Shown piece by piece: positions 7,761 through 16,083 of a stretch of 18,316 bases of DNA. The stretch is from the NCBI GenBank assembly GCA_036229005.1, contig JAZAMN010000015.1:1-18316 (forward strand). Direction: 5' to 3'. The stretch comes from Myxococcota bacterium. Its GTDB lineage: Bacteria; Myxococcota_A; UBA796; CAJQPC01. Each line of letters opens with the position of its first letter. The first letter of the stretch is position 1. The notes beneath the pieces are model-generated. The model was not told where the DNA came from and searched no databases. It saw nothing but the letters and a program-made list of their open reading frames with translations. Both the position numbers and the translations under genes were made by a program.

Positions 7761-9199
7761 TCCCCTTGCTGTTGGCCTGCACCCGCGCCCCCGCGCCCCC
7801 CGCCGAGCTCCCCGGTCCCGACCTGCTGGTCTACACCGTGGACACCCTGCGCCACGACCGCCTGGGGTTCGCCGGGCACGCGGACGCCCAGACCCCGCAC
7901 ATGGACGCGCTCGCCACTCGGGGCGTGGTCTTCGAGCAGGCCACCACCCCCTTCCCGCGCACCACGCCTGCCCTCGCCAGCATGCTGACCGGCTTGCGGC
8001 CCGCGCACCACGGGAGCCTGGAGGTGGGCCAGCCCATCACGCACGGCACGGTCCTCGCCCACCGCCTGCAGCAGCTCGGGTGGGCCACGCTCGGCCTCAG
8101 TGGGACCCCGGTCGCGGGCGCAGAGCAGGGCTTGGACGCCGGGTTTCAGGTCTTTGTCTCCCAGGAGGATCCCCGCGCATCCGCCCTGGTCGAGCGCGCC
8201 CTGAGCGAGCTGCGGGCCCAGGACCCCGAGCAGCCCGTGATGATGTGGGTGCACGTGGTCGACCCCCACTTTCCCTACCTGCCGCCGGACGCCAGCGAGG
8301 GCCCCTGCAAGGAGCTGGGCTGGGCCGTGAAGGAGGGGCGGATCAAGCGCGCCGCGCTGTTCGTGGACCACCAACACAAGGCCTCGGCCGCCCTGGACCA
8401 CTGCCTGGAGCTCTACGACGGCGAGGTCACCGAGGCCGACACCGCCCTGGGGGATCTGCTCGCCGGCTTCGAGGCTGCTGGGCGCGACCCCATCGTGGTG
8501 CTGAGCTCCGACCACGGCGAGCACTTCGGCGAGGGGGGCCTCTACTTCGAGCACGGCCCGCGCGTGGACGACGCGGTGGTGCGGGTGCCCCTGGTCGTCG
8601 CGGGACCGGGCGTGCGCGCGGGGCGGGATGCGGGGGTGGCGCGCCTGGAGGACATCGCGGCGACCCTGCTGGGCCGGGCGGGCATTCAGGACGTCGCCCT
8701 GGACGGGGTGGACCTCTGGCCGCGCCTCTCGGAGGGGGTCTCCGCCAGCCCGGACCTGGAGGCCTGGGTGCTCTCGGGCAGCGCGCTGCACAACCTGTTG
8801 GTGGACTTCGTGGTCAGCGGGCGGCAGGGGCGGCGGGTCTGTCACCACGGCACCGAGTGGACGCGCTGCGTGGGCAAGAACCGGGCGCCCAGCTTCTTCC
8901 ACCACGCCGTGGACCCGCTGCTCAAGTCGGCCGCCACCCCCAGCGAGGAGACCCGCGTGCTCTTGGAGAGCCAGGCCCAGCGTTGGCCGGTGGGTCAGGC
9001 CCGGCAGGTCCTCGTTCGCACCCCCAGTGCACAGCTGCGCGCGCTGCCCCAGATCGAGGGGGGGTTTGCCCGGGAGGGGGACCAGGCCCTCACCGCTTCC
9101 CTCGATAGGCTGGCCGCCGAGCTGGAGGTGCCCACCTGGGTGAGCTCCCAGGAGGCCGAGGTCATCGAGGGGCTCAAGGCGATGGGGTACGTGGAGTAG
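7757..9199 (+). CDS. Sulfatase-fold hydrolase/transferase, probable lipoprotein
   Basis: GTG at 7757 (GTGA overlap), MIPLLLAC lipobox-like start, VDTLRHD, TTPALASMLTG, DPHFPY, YDGEV, SSDHGE, EHG, RVPL, and C-terminal LKAMGYVE. Confidence 0.88.
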   Translation: MIPLLLACTRAPAPPAELPGPDLLVYTVDTLRHDRLGFAGHADAQTPHMDALATRGVVFEQATTPFPRTTPALASMLTGLRPAHHGSLEVGQPITHGTVLAHRLQQLGWATLGLSGTPVAGAEQGLDAGFQVFVSQEDPRASALVERALSELRAQDPEQPVMMWVHVVDPHFPYLPPDASEGPCKELGWAVKEGRIKRAALFVDHQHKASAALDHCLELYDGEVTEADTALGDLLAGFEAAGRDPIVVLSSDHGEHFGEGGLYFEHGPRVDDAVVRVPLVVAGPGVRAGRDAGVARLEDIAATLLGRAGIQDVALDGVDLWPRLSEGVSASPDLEAWVLSGSALHNLLVDFVVSGRQGRRVCHHGTEWTRCVGKNRAPSFFHHAVDPLLKSAATPSEETRVLLESQAQRWPVGQARQVLVRTPSAQLRALPQIEGGFAREGDQALTASLDRLAAELEVPTWVSSQEAEVIEGLKAMGYVE

Positions 9200-9202
9200 C
9201 GC

Positions 9203-9937
9203 TCACGCCCGCCGCCGAACCCCCGTCCCACACCCCGGGTACACCCGCCGGTTCGCCCCGGCCAGCGTGTAGCCCTGCAGGAAGAGCCGGCGCGGCTGGG
9301 TGCCTCGGTTCGGCGCGCTGCCGTGGATCAGGAAGGGCCCGAAGAAGGCGGCGTCGCCGGGCTCCAGCAGCAGGTCCACGGCCTGGGATTCGTCGACCAG
9401 GCCCTCCGGGAGCGCGCCCGTCTTGGGGTCCGCGACGAAGCCCAGCTTGTGGGTGCCGGGGAGCACGCGGATGGGGCCGTTCTCGGCGGTCATGGGGTCC
9501 ACGGCCACGACCATCTGCAGGAAGGAGCCGCGCCCGTTGACGTCGGTCCACAGCTCGGAGCCGTAGCGCCGGTTGGACGCGTCCTGGTGCCAGCGGAAGT
9601 CCACGCCGTCGCCGGGGAACTTGAAGTGCGCCTGCTGGATGATCTGCACCAGCGCGTCGCTCCCCAGGGCCTGGGTGGCCTGCGCCAGGAAGCGGGGATC
9701 CGAGCCCAGAGCGGCGATCTCGGGCTGGGCCGCGCCGCACCACACCACCCGATGCAGGCGGAAGGGGTCCTGCTGGACGACGAAGCGGGCGCCGTCGAGC
9801 TCGGCGGTCTCGGACAGGCCGCGCGCCTGCTGGGCCAGGGCGTCGAAGCCCTCGCGCAGGGTCTGGATCTCCGAGGGGGTCAAGAGGCCCCTGTGGACGG
9901 CGTATCCACACCGCTCGAGCTGGGTCTGCGTATCCAT
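9203..9937 (-). CDS. Phytanoyl-CoA dioxygenase (PhyH) family Fe(II)/2-oxoglutarate dioxygenase
   Basis: GYAV N-terminus, WHQD, ENGPIRVLPGTH, HGSAPN…R. Start most likely ATG 9937 (alternative 9958). Confidence 0.9.
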   Translation of the reverse strand: MDTQTQLERCGYAVHRGLLTPSEIQTLREGFDALAQQARGLSETAELDGARFVVQQDPFRLHRVVWCGAAQPEIAALGSDPRFLAQATQALGSDALVQIIQQAHFKFPGDGVDFRWHQDASNRRYGSELWTDVNGRGSFLQMVVAVDPMTAENGPIRVLPGTHKLGFVADPKTGALPEGLVDESQAVDLLLEPGDAAFFGPFLIHGSAPNRGTQPRRLFLQGYTLAGANRRVYPGCGTGVRRRA

Positions 9938-10066
9938 GGTCTCAGCATGGATCGGCATCGGCGAGGTCAGCAAGAGGCAAACTGGCGCAACACCGGCGGC
10001 CTCACGGGGGTTCACTGTCAGGCGATGCAACTGACACAGGCGGGTGCGGCGGCTATGGTCTCTGGG

Positions 10067-12634
10067 ATGCTGAAACGGCTGCCCTCCGGGCTTCGAATCC
10101 TTGGCGCCACGGTGATCCTGGGAGCCCTCTGGGGCCAGCCGGCGGTCGCTGAGGCCCCCGACCTCTACCTCTCCGCGCTCTCGCGGATCGAGGGGCTCTA
10201 CCTGGAGCGGGACCTGGTGGAGCCCGTGGCCATGCTGCGCTCCGCCGGGGAGGCCCTGGAGGACGAGATCGAGTGGGTGCTGGCCGAGCCCGTCGAGGGC
10301 GGCGTGCGCCTCCGCGCCGGCGATGGGCGGGAGCTGGGAAGCGTGCGCGTGCAGGGCTGGGACGACCTGGACGAGAGCCTGCGCGCCCTGGAGGCGCTGG
10401 TCCGCGACGCCGGCCTGCCCCTGGACGACCCCGAGCTGGACGTCATCGTCATGGGCGGGGCCACCAACGCCCTGGACCGGCACTCGCGGCTGCTCTACGG
10501 GGAGCGGCTGCAGGCCTTCGACAAGCGCCTGCGGGGCACCTACTCAGGCGTGGGGGCGCGCCTCGCCGAGCGGGATCAGGAGCTGATCCTGGACGAGGTC
10601 TTCGCGGGCAACCCCGCCTGGCAGGCCGGCCTCAAGTCCGGGGACGTGCTGGTCTCCGTGGACGGCAGCGCGGTGCTGGGCATGCGCACCTCGGACGCCG
10701 CCTCGCTGATGCAGGGCGAGGCCGGCACCCAGGTGGTGCTGGTGGTGCGTCGCCAGACCCCAGAGGGCGAGCGCGAGATGGAGTTCGTGGTCACCCGCGC
10801 CCAGGTGCGGGAGCCCAACGTGAGCTGGAAGGTGCTGGCCGACGGCATCGGCTACGTGCGCATCGACCACTTCTCCGAGCTGACCGAGGACTACCTGCTC
10901 CAGGGCCTGGAGGAGCTGGACGAGCAGTCGGCGCTTGAGCGCGGCCTGGTCATCGACCTGCGGAACAACACCGGCGGCTCGATGATGCAGTCGGCGCGCT
11001 CCGCGGACGCCTTCGTGGAGTCCGGGGACCTGGTGCGCACGGTGGGACCGGACGGCGGCAAGGTCCGCGGGCTGGTGGAGCACCTCTGGGCCGAGGACGA
11101 CGGCACCGAGCCCGACATCCCCATCGTCGTGCTCCAGAACCACCGCACCGCCAGCGGCTCGGAGATCCTGGCCGGCTCCCTGCGCGAGCTGGACCGCGCC
11201 GTGCTCATCGGCACGCGCAGCTACGGCAAGGGGACCGTCCAGAAGGTCTACACCCTGCGCGACGACGTCCGCCTCAAGCTTACCGTGGCCCAGTACCTGC
11301 TCTCCGGCGGCTTGAGCATCCACGACGAGCACGGCGTGCCCGCGGACCTGCCCATCGGGCGCGTGCGCTTTGACGAGGCGGGCGTGCTGTTCATCCACGA
11401 CTACCGCGAGCCCGGCGGGCCCGAGCCCCTGCTGTTCGTGGACGACCCCCAGCAGGACGGCGCCGACCGCGAGGGCTATTGGGAGGAGCTCGCCGTTCGG
11501 GTGCTCGCCCAGGCCGGCAACCAGTCCGACCGCGTCGCCGTCCTGGACGCCGCTGGGCAGGTCCGCGAGCTGGTCCGGGTGGAGGAGGAGCAGCGCCTGG
11601 TCGCCGCCTTCGCCGCGCGCGGGGTGGACTGGCGGGCCGCCGGCACGCTGGGCCCGGCCCCCAAGGTCCAGGTGGAGCTGCGCACCGAGGGCGAGGCCCG
11701 CGCCGGACAGGCCGTGGAGCTGGTCGCCCGTGTGACCAACCTCGGCGATGAGCCCATCCACCGGGTGGTCGTGCGCCTGGACTCCGGCGACCGCACCTGG
11801 ACCCGCTACGTGCTGCCGGTGGGCTTCCTGACCCCCGGCCAGACCGGCGAGGCCCGCGCGGAGATCGTGCTGCCCTTCGACCTGCAGGGCCGCGAGAGCT
11901 CCGTGGGCATGGTGGTGCAGTCGGACGGCCGGCCCGAGGTCGACGCCGGCACCGCGGTGCTCGGCTACCAGGGCATCCCCCAGCCCGAGCTGGGCCTCAA
12001 GATGGCGCTGGTCCAGGAGCCCACCGGCACCTACGCCGAGCTGCGCCTGCAGAACCAGGCCACCCACCCCCTCCAGGGTGTGCGCGCGCGCTTCGAGGTC
12101 GCCCCCTCCAGCGGCATCCAGCTCACCGAGTACGAGGCCGTCGTCCCCTCGGTCGCGGCGGAGGGCAGCGTGTCCCTGCGCCTTGGCCTGGACCTCACCC
12201 AGGTCCCCGCTGGCAGCGAGACGCTCCCCCTGGAGCTGGTCGTCGAGACCAACCGCTTCGGCACCATCGCCCGCTACCCCGTCTCCCTTCCCACCGACGG
12301 CAGCGCCGTTCACTTGCGGGCCCCGCGCATCAGCCTGGAGGCCCCCCTCGCCGCCGACGTCGGCCCCCTCACCCTCAGCGCCCAGGTCCAGGACGAGCGC
12401 GCGCTGGACCACGTGGTGATCTGGCACGAGGGCACCAAGCTGGCCTGGCACGCCGGGTCGGGGCGGAGCTGGTCCGAGAGCTTCGTGGTGGACCTGGAGG
12501 CCGGTCGCAACGCCATCGTCATCCTGGCCGAGGACGACCAGGGGCTGCGGAGATGGGAGAAGGTCTACGTGCGGGGCGTGCCCGCGCCGGTGGTCGGGGA
12601 CAGCCCCAGCGAGGAGCTCCCCGCCGAGCCCTGA
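10067..12634 (+). CDS. S41A (CtpA/Prc-like) C-terminal processing peptidase with PDZ domain and long beta-rich C-terminal extension
   Basis: Signal peptide MLKRLPSG…AVA; LDRHS, YSGVGA PDZ loop, IDLRNNTGG, catalytic TASGSEI and SYGKGTVQ. Start could instead be 10025 or 10055. Confidence 0.9.
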   Translation: MLKRLPSGLRILGATVILGALWGQPAVAEAPDLYLSALSRIEGLYLERDLVEPVAMLRSAGEALEDEIEWVLAEPVEGGVRLRAGDGRELGSVRVQGWDDLDESLRALEALVRDAGLPLDDPELDVIVMGGATNALDRHSRLLYGERLQAFDKRLRGTYSGVGARLAERDQELILDEVFAGNPAWQAGLKSGDVLVSVDGSAVLGMRTSDAASLMQGEAGTQVVLVVRRQTPEGEREMEFVVTRAQVREPNVSWKVLADGIGYVRIDHFSELTEDYLLQGLEELDEQSALERGLVIDLRNNTGGSMMQSARSADAFVESGDLVRTVGPDGGKVRGLVEHLWAEDDGTEPDIPIVVLQNHRTASGSEILAGSLRELDRAVLIGTRSYGKGTVQKVYTLRDDVRLKLTVAQYLLSGGLSIHDEHGVPADLPIGRVRFDEAGVLFIHDYREPGGPEPLLFVDDPQQDGADREGYWEELAVRVLAQAGNQSDRVAVLDAAGQVRELVRVEEEQRLVAAFAARGVDWRAAGTLGPAPKVQVELRTEGEARAGQAVELVARVTNLGDEPIHRVVVRLDSGDRTWTRYVLPVGFLTPGQTGEARAEIVLPFDLQGRESSVGMVVQSDGRPEVDAGTAVLGYQGIPQPELGLKMALVQEPTGTYAELRLQNQATHPLQGVRARFEVAPSSGIQLTEYEAVVPSVAAEGSVSLRLGLDLTQVPAGSETLPLELVVETNRFGTIARYPVSLPTDGSAVHLRAPRISLEAPLAADVGPLTLSAQVQDERALDHVVIWHEGTKLAWHAGSGRSWSESFVVDLEAGRNAIVILAEDDQGLRRWEKVYVRGVPAPVVGDSPSEELPAEP

Positions 12635-12656
12635 GCCTCCCGGACAGAGGCGCCGC

Positions 12657-14441
12657 TCAGGGGGCGATCATCACGACCTGGGAGGCCACGGTGCTGCCCA
12701 GGATGACCACCAGCACGGTGTCGCCGGCGTCCTGCGTCACCAGGGTGACCTCGCTGGCGCTGTAGCTGAGATCGAAGCTGCTGGTCACAAAGCCCGAGGT
12801 GGTGTCCCCATAGGCGAAGGTCACCGACCCGTCGCTGTCCACCCAGCTCATGTAGAGCGTGCCGGTCACCGGGTTCCGGTCCCAGGACATCTGCTCGGGG
12901 GCCACCGCCGGGGTCTCTACCCAGGAGGCGGTGGCGTCCGTGATGTTGATGGTTCCGGTGCTGTCGTCGATCCAGGCGCGGGTCTCGGAGCCGTCCTTGG
13001 GCCAGTCCAGGTCCTGGAGCTCCACGGTGGCGTCGCGGTCCAGCTCGACCCAGGAGATCTCGGAGGTCGTGGTGTCCCAGCCCCAGGTCACGTACTCGCC
13101 GGTGCCCGCGTCCGCGAAGCCCAGCACGCCGGTGCCGCTGCCGTCCAGGTAGAGCTGGCAGAGCTCGGCGGGCTGACCGGGGGTGTAGTCGCTCAGGGTG
13201 ATGGTCGCGGAGCTCAAATCGTCCACGCGCATGTACTGCACGCCGTCGGTGCCGCAGCCCACCATGTGGACGCTGCCGTCGGTGTCCACGGCGATCGCGG
13301 TGTCCCGGAAGGAGTTGCTCAGCCCCGCCTCGGTCGCGGTCCAGGTGTTCGGCGTGTCGGTCGTGTACTGCTTGAGGTAGAGGGAGCGGCCCGTGGTGGT
13401 CTTCAACCCGGCCACACCGACCCAGCTCCCGTCCGCCTGGGAGATCTCCAGACCCTCGTCCAAAGCCGAGGTGCTCAGCAGCGAGCCGGTGCCCGTGGGG
13501 CCGAGCTCGGGGGCCTGGTCGTACTCGAAGAGCACCGCGGCGTCGCCCAGGCTCAGGGAGCCGCCGTCGCTCGCGCTCACGGCCAGGAAGGCCACCGCGG
13601 CGGTGCCGGTGCTGCCGCGCGTGACGGTGAGGCTGCGCGGATCCACCAGGGTCAGGCCCATGTCGGTGGTCGCCGCTACGTCCGCGCCGCCCACGCAGTC
13701 CAGGTCGCGGGCGTCGGTGACGTCCTCCAGAGCGCCCGGGAAGGCCTCGGCGTCGACATCGTCGCAGTCCACGGGCTCGGTGCCGGCGTCGACGTGGTAG
13801 GCCCCGTCGGCGTCCTGGTCGTAGTCGCCCAGCTCGTCGATCTCGTCGCAGTTGGAGTTGATCCCGTCGTACCAGGTCTCCGTCGCGCCGACGTAGATAG
13901 TGGCGTCGGTGTCGTCGCAGTCGGTGCCCTCGGGCTCCCGGGCCTGGCCGTCCAGGTCGGCGTCGTAGTCGTCGCCGCCGTCGCAGTTCTGGTCGACGCC
14001 GTCGTACCAGACCTCGATCGCGGTGGGGTTGATGCCGACGTCGGTGTCGTCGCAGTCGTCGCCCTCGGGCTCGCGCATCACGCCGTCGCCGTCGGCGTCG
14101 AAGTCGTTGGCCCCGTCGCAGTCCGAGTCGATGTTGTCGTACCAGGTCTCGGTGGCCGCCGGGTTGATGTCCGGGTTGTTGTCGTTGCAGTCGGCGTCGG
14201 GGCCGTCCTGCTGACCCAGGTAGCCGTCGCCGTCCGCGTCGAAGTCCTCTTCGTCGCCGCAGTCCTGGTTCACGCCGTCGTACCAGACCTCCTCGGCGCC
14301 GGGGTAGCTGTCCGCGTCGTTGTCGTCGCAGTCGCCGTCGTTCAGCGTGAACCCGTCGCCGTCGTCGTCGACAAAGTCCAGGCGCTCTTCGACGTCGGCG
14401 TCCGAGATCCAGGTGCAGGCCAGGCTCAACAGCAGCAGCAC
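12657..14441 (-). CDS. Acidic lipoprotein with five MopE-type putative metal-binding repeats and an unknown beta-rich C-terminal domain
   Basis: GGAGGA RBS, MLLLLSLAC lipobox, five repeats of the form DCDDxDxxxxPxAxExWYDGxDxxC (the fifth degenerate) separated by DxDxDG loops. Confidence 0.85.
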   Translation of the reverse strand: MLLLLSLACTWISDADVEERLDFVDDDGDGFTLNDGDCDDNDADSYPGAEEVWYDGVNQDCGDEEDFDADGDGYLGQQDGPDADCNDNNPDINPAATETWYDNIDSDCDGANDFDADGDGVMREPEGDDCDDTDVGINPTAIEVWYDGVDQNCDGGDDYDADLDGQAREPEGTDCDDTDATIYVGATETWYDGINSNCDEIDELGDYDQDADGAYHVDAGTEPVDCDDVDAEAFPGALEDVTDARDLDCVGGADVAATTDMGLTLVDPRSLTVTRGSTGTAAVAFLAVSASDGGSLSLGDAAVLFEYDQAPELGPTGTGSLLSTSALDEGLEISQADGSWVGVAGLKTTTGRSLYLKQYTTDTPNTWTATEAGLSNSFRDTAIAVDTDGSVHMVGCGTDGVQYMRVDDLSSATITLSDYTPGQPAELCQLYLDGSGTGVLGFADAGTGEYVTWGWDTTTSEISWVELDRDATVELQDLDWPKDGSETRAWIDDSTGTINITDATASWVETPAVAPEQMSWDRNPVTGTLYMSWVDSDGSVTFAYGDTTSGFVTSSFDLSYSASEVTLVTQDAGDTVLVVILGSTVASQVVMIAP

Positions 14442-14457
14442 AGCTTCCTCCGAGCGT

Positions 14458-15213
14458 TCAGGGTATCACCGCAGGCAGCCGCAGGTGGGCGAGGTACTCG
14501 ACGTTGCCGCTCTTTGCGCCCGTGATGGGGCTCTCCACGCAGCCCAGCACCTGAAAGTGCAGGGCCCGGGCCTGATCCAGCACGCCCTCCACCGCCTGCT
14601 CGCGCAGGGCCTCGTCCTTGACCAGGCCGCCCTTGGCCAGGTTCTCGGGGCCCACCTCGAACTGGGGCTTGATGAGGAAGATGCAGTCGGCCCCCGGGGC
14701 CGCGATCCGCACCACCGCCGGCAGGATCTTGCCCAGACCGATGAAGGAGAGATCCCCGACCACCAGCGAGGGCGCCTCGGGCAGGGACTCCAGGTGGCGC
14801 GCGTTGGTGCGCTCCATGACCACCACCCGGGGGTCCTGCCGCAGCTTCCAGGCGAGCTGGTTGTGGCCCACGTCGATCGCGTAGACCTTGGTCGCGCCGC
14901 CCTGCAGCAGGCAGTCGGTGAACCCGCCGGTGGATGCGCCCAGATCAGCGCACACCTTCTGCGCCACGGTGACCTCGCCGAAGGCCTGCAGCGCTCCCTG
15001 CAGCTTGAGTCCACCCCGGCTGACAAAAGGTAGGAGCTCGCCCTTGAGGCGGATCGCCGCATCCTCCCGCACCTTGGTCCCGGCCTTGGTGCAGGGCACG
15101 TCGTCGAGCAGGATGCGCCCGGTCATGATGAGGCTCTGGGCCTGCTGTCGGCTGGGGGCCAGGCCCTTGGCGACGACCAGCAGATCCAGGCGCTGCTTGG
15201 GGGCCTTGGACAC
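14458..15213 (-). CDS. tlyA: TlyA family rRNA (cytidine-2'-O)-methyltransferase
   Basis: S4 domain RLDLLV…SR, FVSRGGLKL, DLGASTGGFTDCLLQ, DVGHNQL, DLSFI, LIKPQFE, SPITG…GNVEY. Confidence 0.95.
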   Translation of the reverse strand: MSKAPKQRLDLLVVAKGLAPSRQQAQSLIMTGRILLDDVPCTKAGTKVREDAAIRLKGELLPFVSRGGLKLQGALQAFGEVTVAQKVCADLGASTGGFTDCLLQGGATKVYAIDVGHNQLAWKLRQDPRVVVMERTNARHLESLPEAPSLVVGDLSFIGLGKILPAVVRIAAPGADCIFLIKPQFEVGPENLAKGGLVKDEALREQAVEGVLDQARALHFQVLGCVESPITGAKSGNVEYLAHLRLPAVIP

Positions 15214-16059
15214 CTAGAGATCCCGCTCCACGGTGTAGAGCGCCAGGGCCTCCAGGGCGTCGGCGTTGGGCACGGCCTCCAGGGAGGCGCGGGCCTGGTC
15301 GGCGAGCTCCCGCGCCCGGCGGCGGGTCTCGTCCACTCCCAGCAGCTTCACGAAGCTGGGCGGACCGTCCTCCCCCTTGTCCTCGTCAGCGTCGAGGATG
15401 TCGTCGGCGAGCTGGAATGCAAGGCCCACCGCTTCGGCAAAGCGGGTGAGCGCCTGCAACTGCATGGGCTTGGCTCCCCCGGCGAGGGCACCCATCCGCA
15501 CGGCGCAGCGGATCAGCGCGCCGGTCTTGCCGCGGTGCAGCCGGGTGAGGGTCTCGATGTCGGTGACGGGGCCCTCGGCGCCCAGGTCGCTGGCCTGACC
15601 GCCCACCATGCCCAGGTAGCCGGCGGCGCTGGAGAGCTCGCGGAGCTGGGCCACGGCGAGCTCGGCGGGGAGCGCTGCGTCGGCGATGCGCCGGAAGGCC
15701 TCGGTCAGCAGGGCGTCGCCCACCAGCAGGGCCATGTCCTCGCCGTAGAGCACGTGGGTGGTGGGCTTGCCGCGGCGCTCGCTGTCGTCGTCCATGCAGG
15801 GCATGTCGTCGTGCACCAGCGAGTAGGTGTGCACCAGCTCGATGGCCAGCGCGGCCGGCAGCGCGCGCTCGGTGTCCTGTCCCCCGACGGCCTCGTAGGC
15901 GGCCAGGGTCAGCAGGGGCCGCATGCGCTTGCCCCCGGTCTGCAGGGGGTGCAGGCACATGGGGGCGAAGGGGGCAGGCCAGGCGTCGGCAAAGAGCCCG
16001 TCCAGGCGCTGCTGCAGCAGCTCGCGGCGGGGCTCGGCCCAGGCGTTCAGGTCGAACAC
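15214..16059 (-). CDS. ispA: Polyprenyl (farnesyl/geranylgeranyl) diphosphate synthase
   Basis: [62 protein letters not shown]. Confidence 0.92.
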   Translation of the reverse strand: MFDLNAWAEPRRELLQQRLDGLFADAWPAPFAPMCLHPLQTGGKRMRPLLTLAAYEAVGGQDTERALPAALAIELVHTYSLVHDDMPCMDDDSERRGKPTTHVLYGEDMALLVGDALLTEAFRRIADAALPAELAVAQLRELSSAAGYLGMVGGQASDLGAEGPVTDIETLTRLHRGKTGALIRCAVRMGALAGGAKPMQLQALTRFAEAVGLAFQLADDILDADEDKGEDGPPSFVKLLGVDETRRRARELADQARASLEAVPNADALEALALYTVERDL

Positions 16060-16083
16060 AGGCTCTCCTTTGAGGGAGCCCCT

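Noticed and set aside
9323..10483. Long antisense overlap between the PhyH and S41 genes
   Set aside because: Artefact of longest-ORF calling in GC-rich DNA; plausible starts at 9937 (-) and 10067 (+) leave a normal divergent gap.
12631..12660. Intrinsic terminator between the convergent S41 and lipoprotein genes
   Set aside because: Only a 6-bp CTGAGC/GCTCAG stem with a long loop and no U-tract; too weak to call.
10544..14525. Long antisense ORFs (10544-12451, 13266-14525) and similar shadows elsewhere
   Set aside because: Mirror frames of GC-biased real genes with no recognisable motifs.
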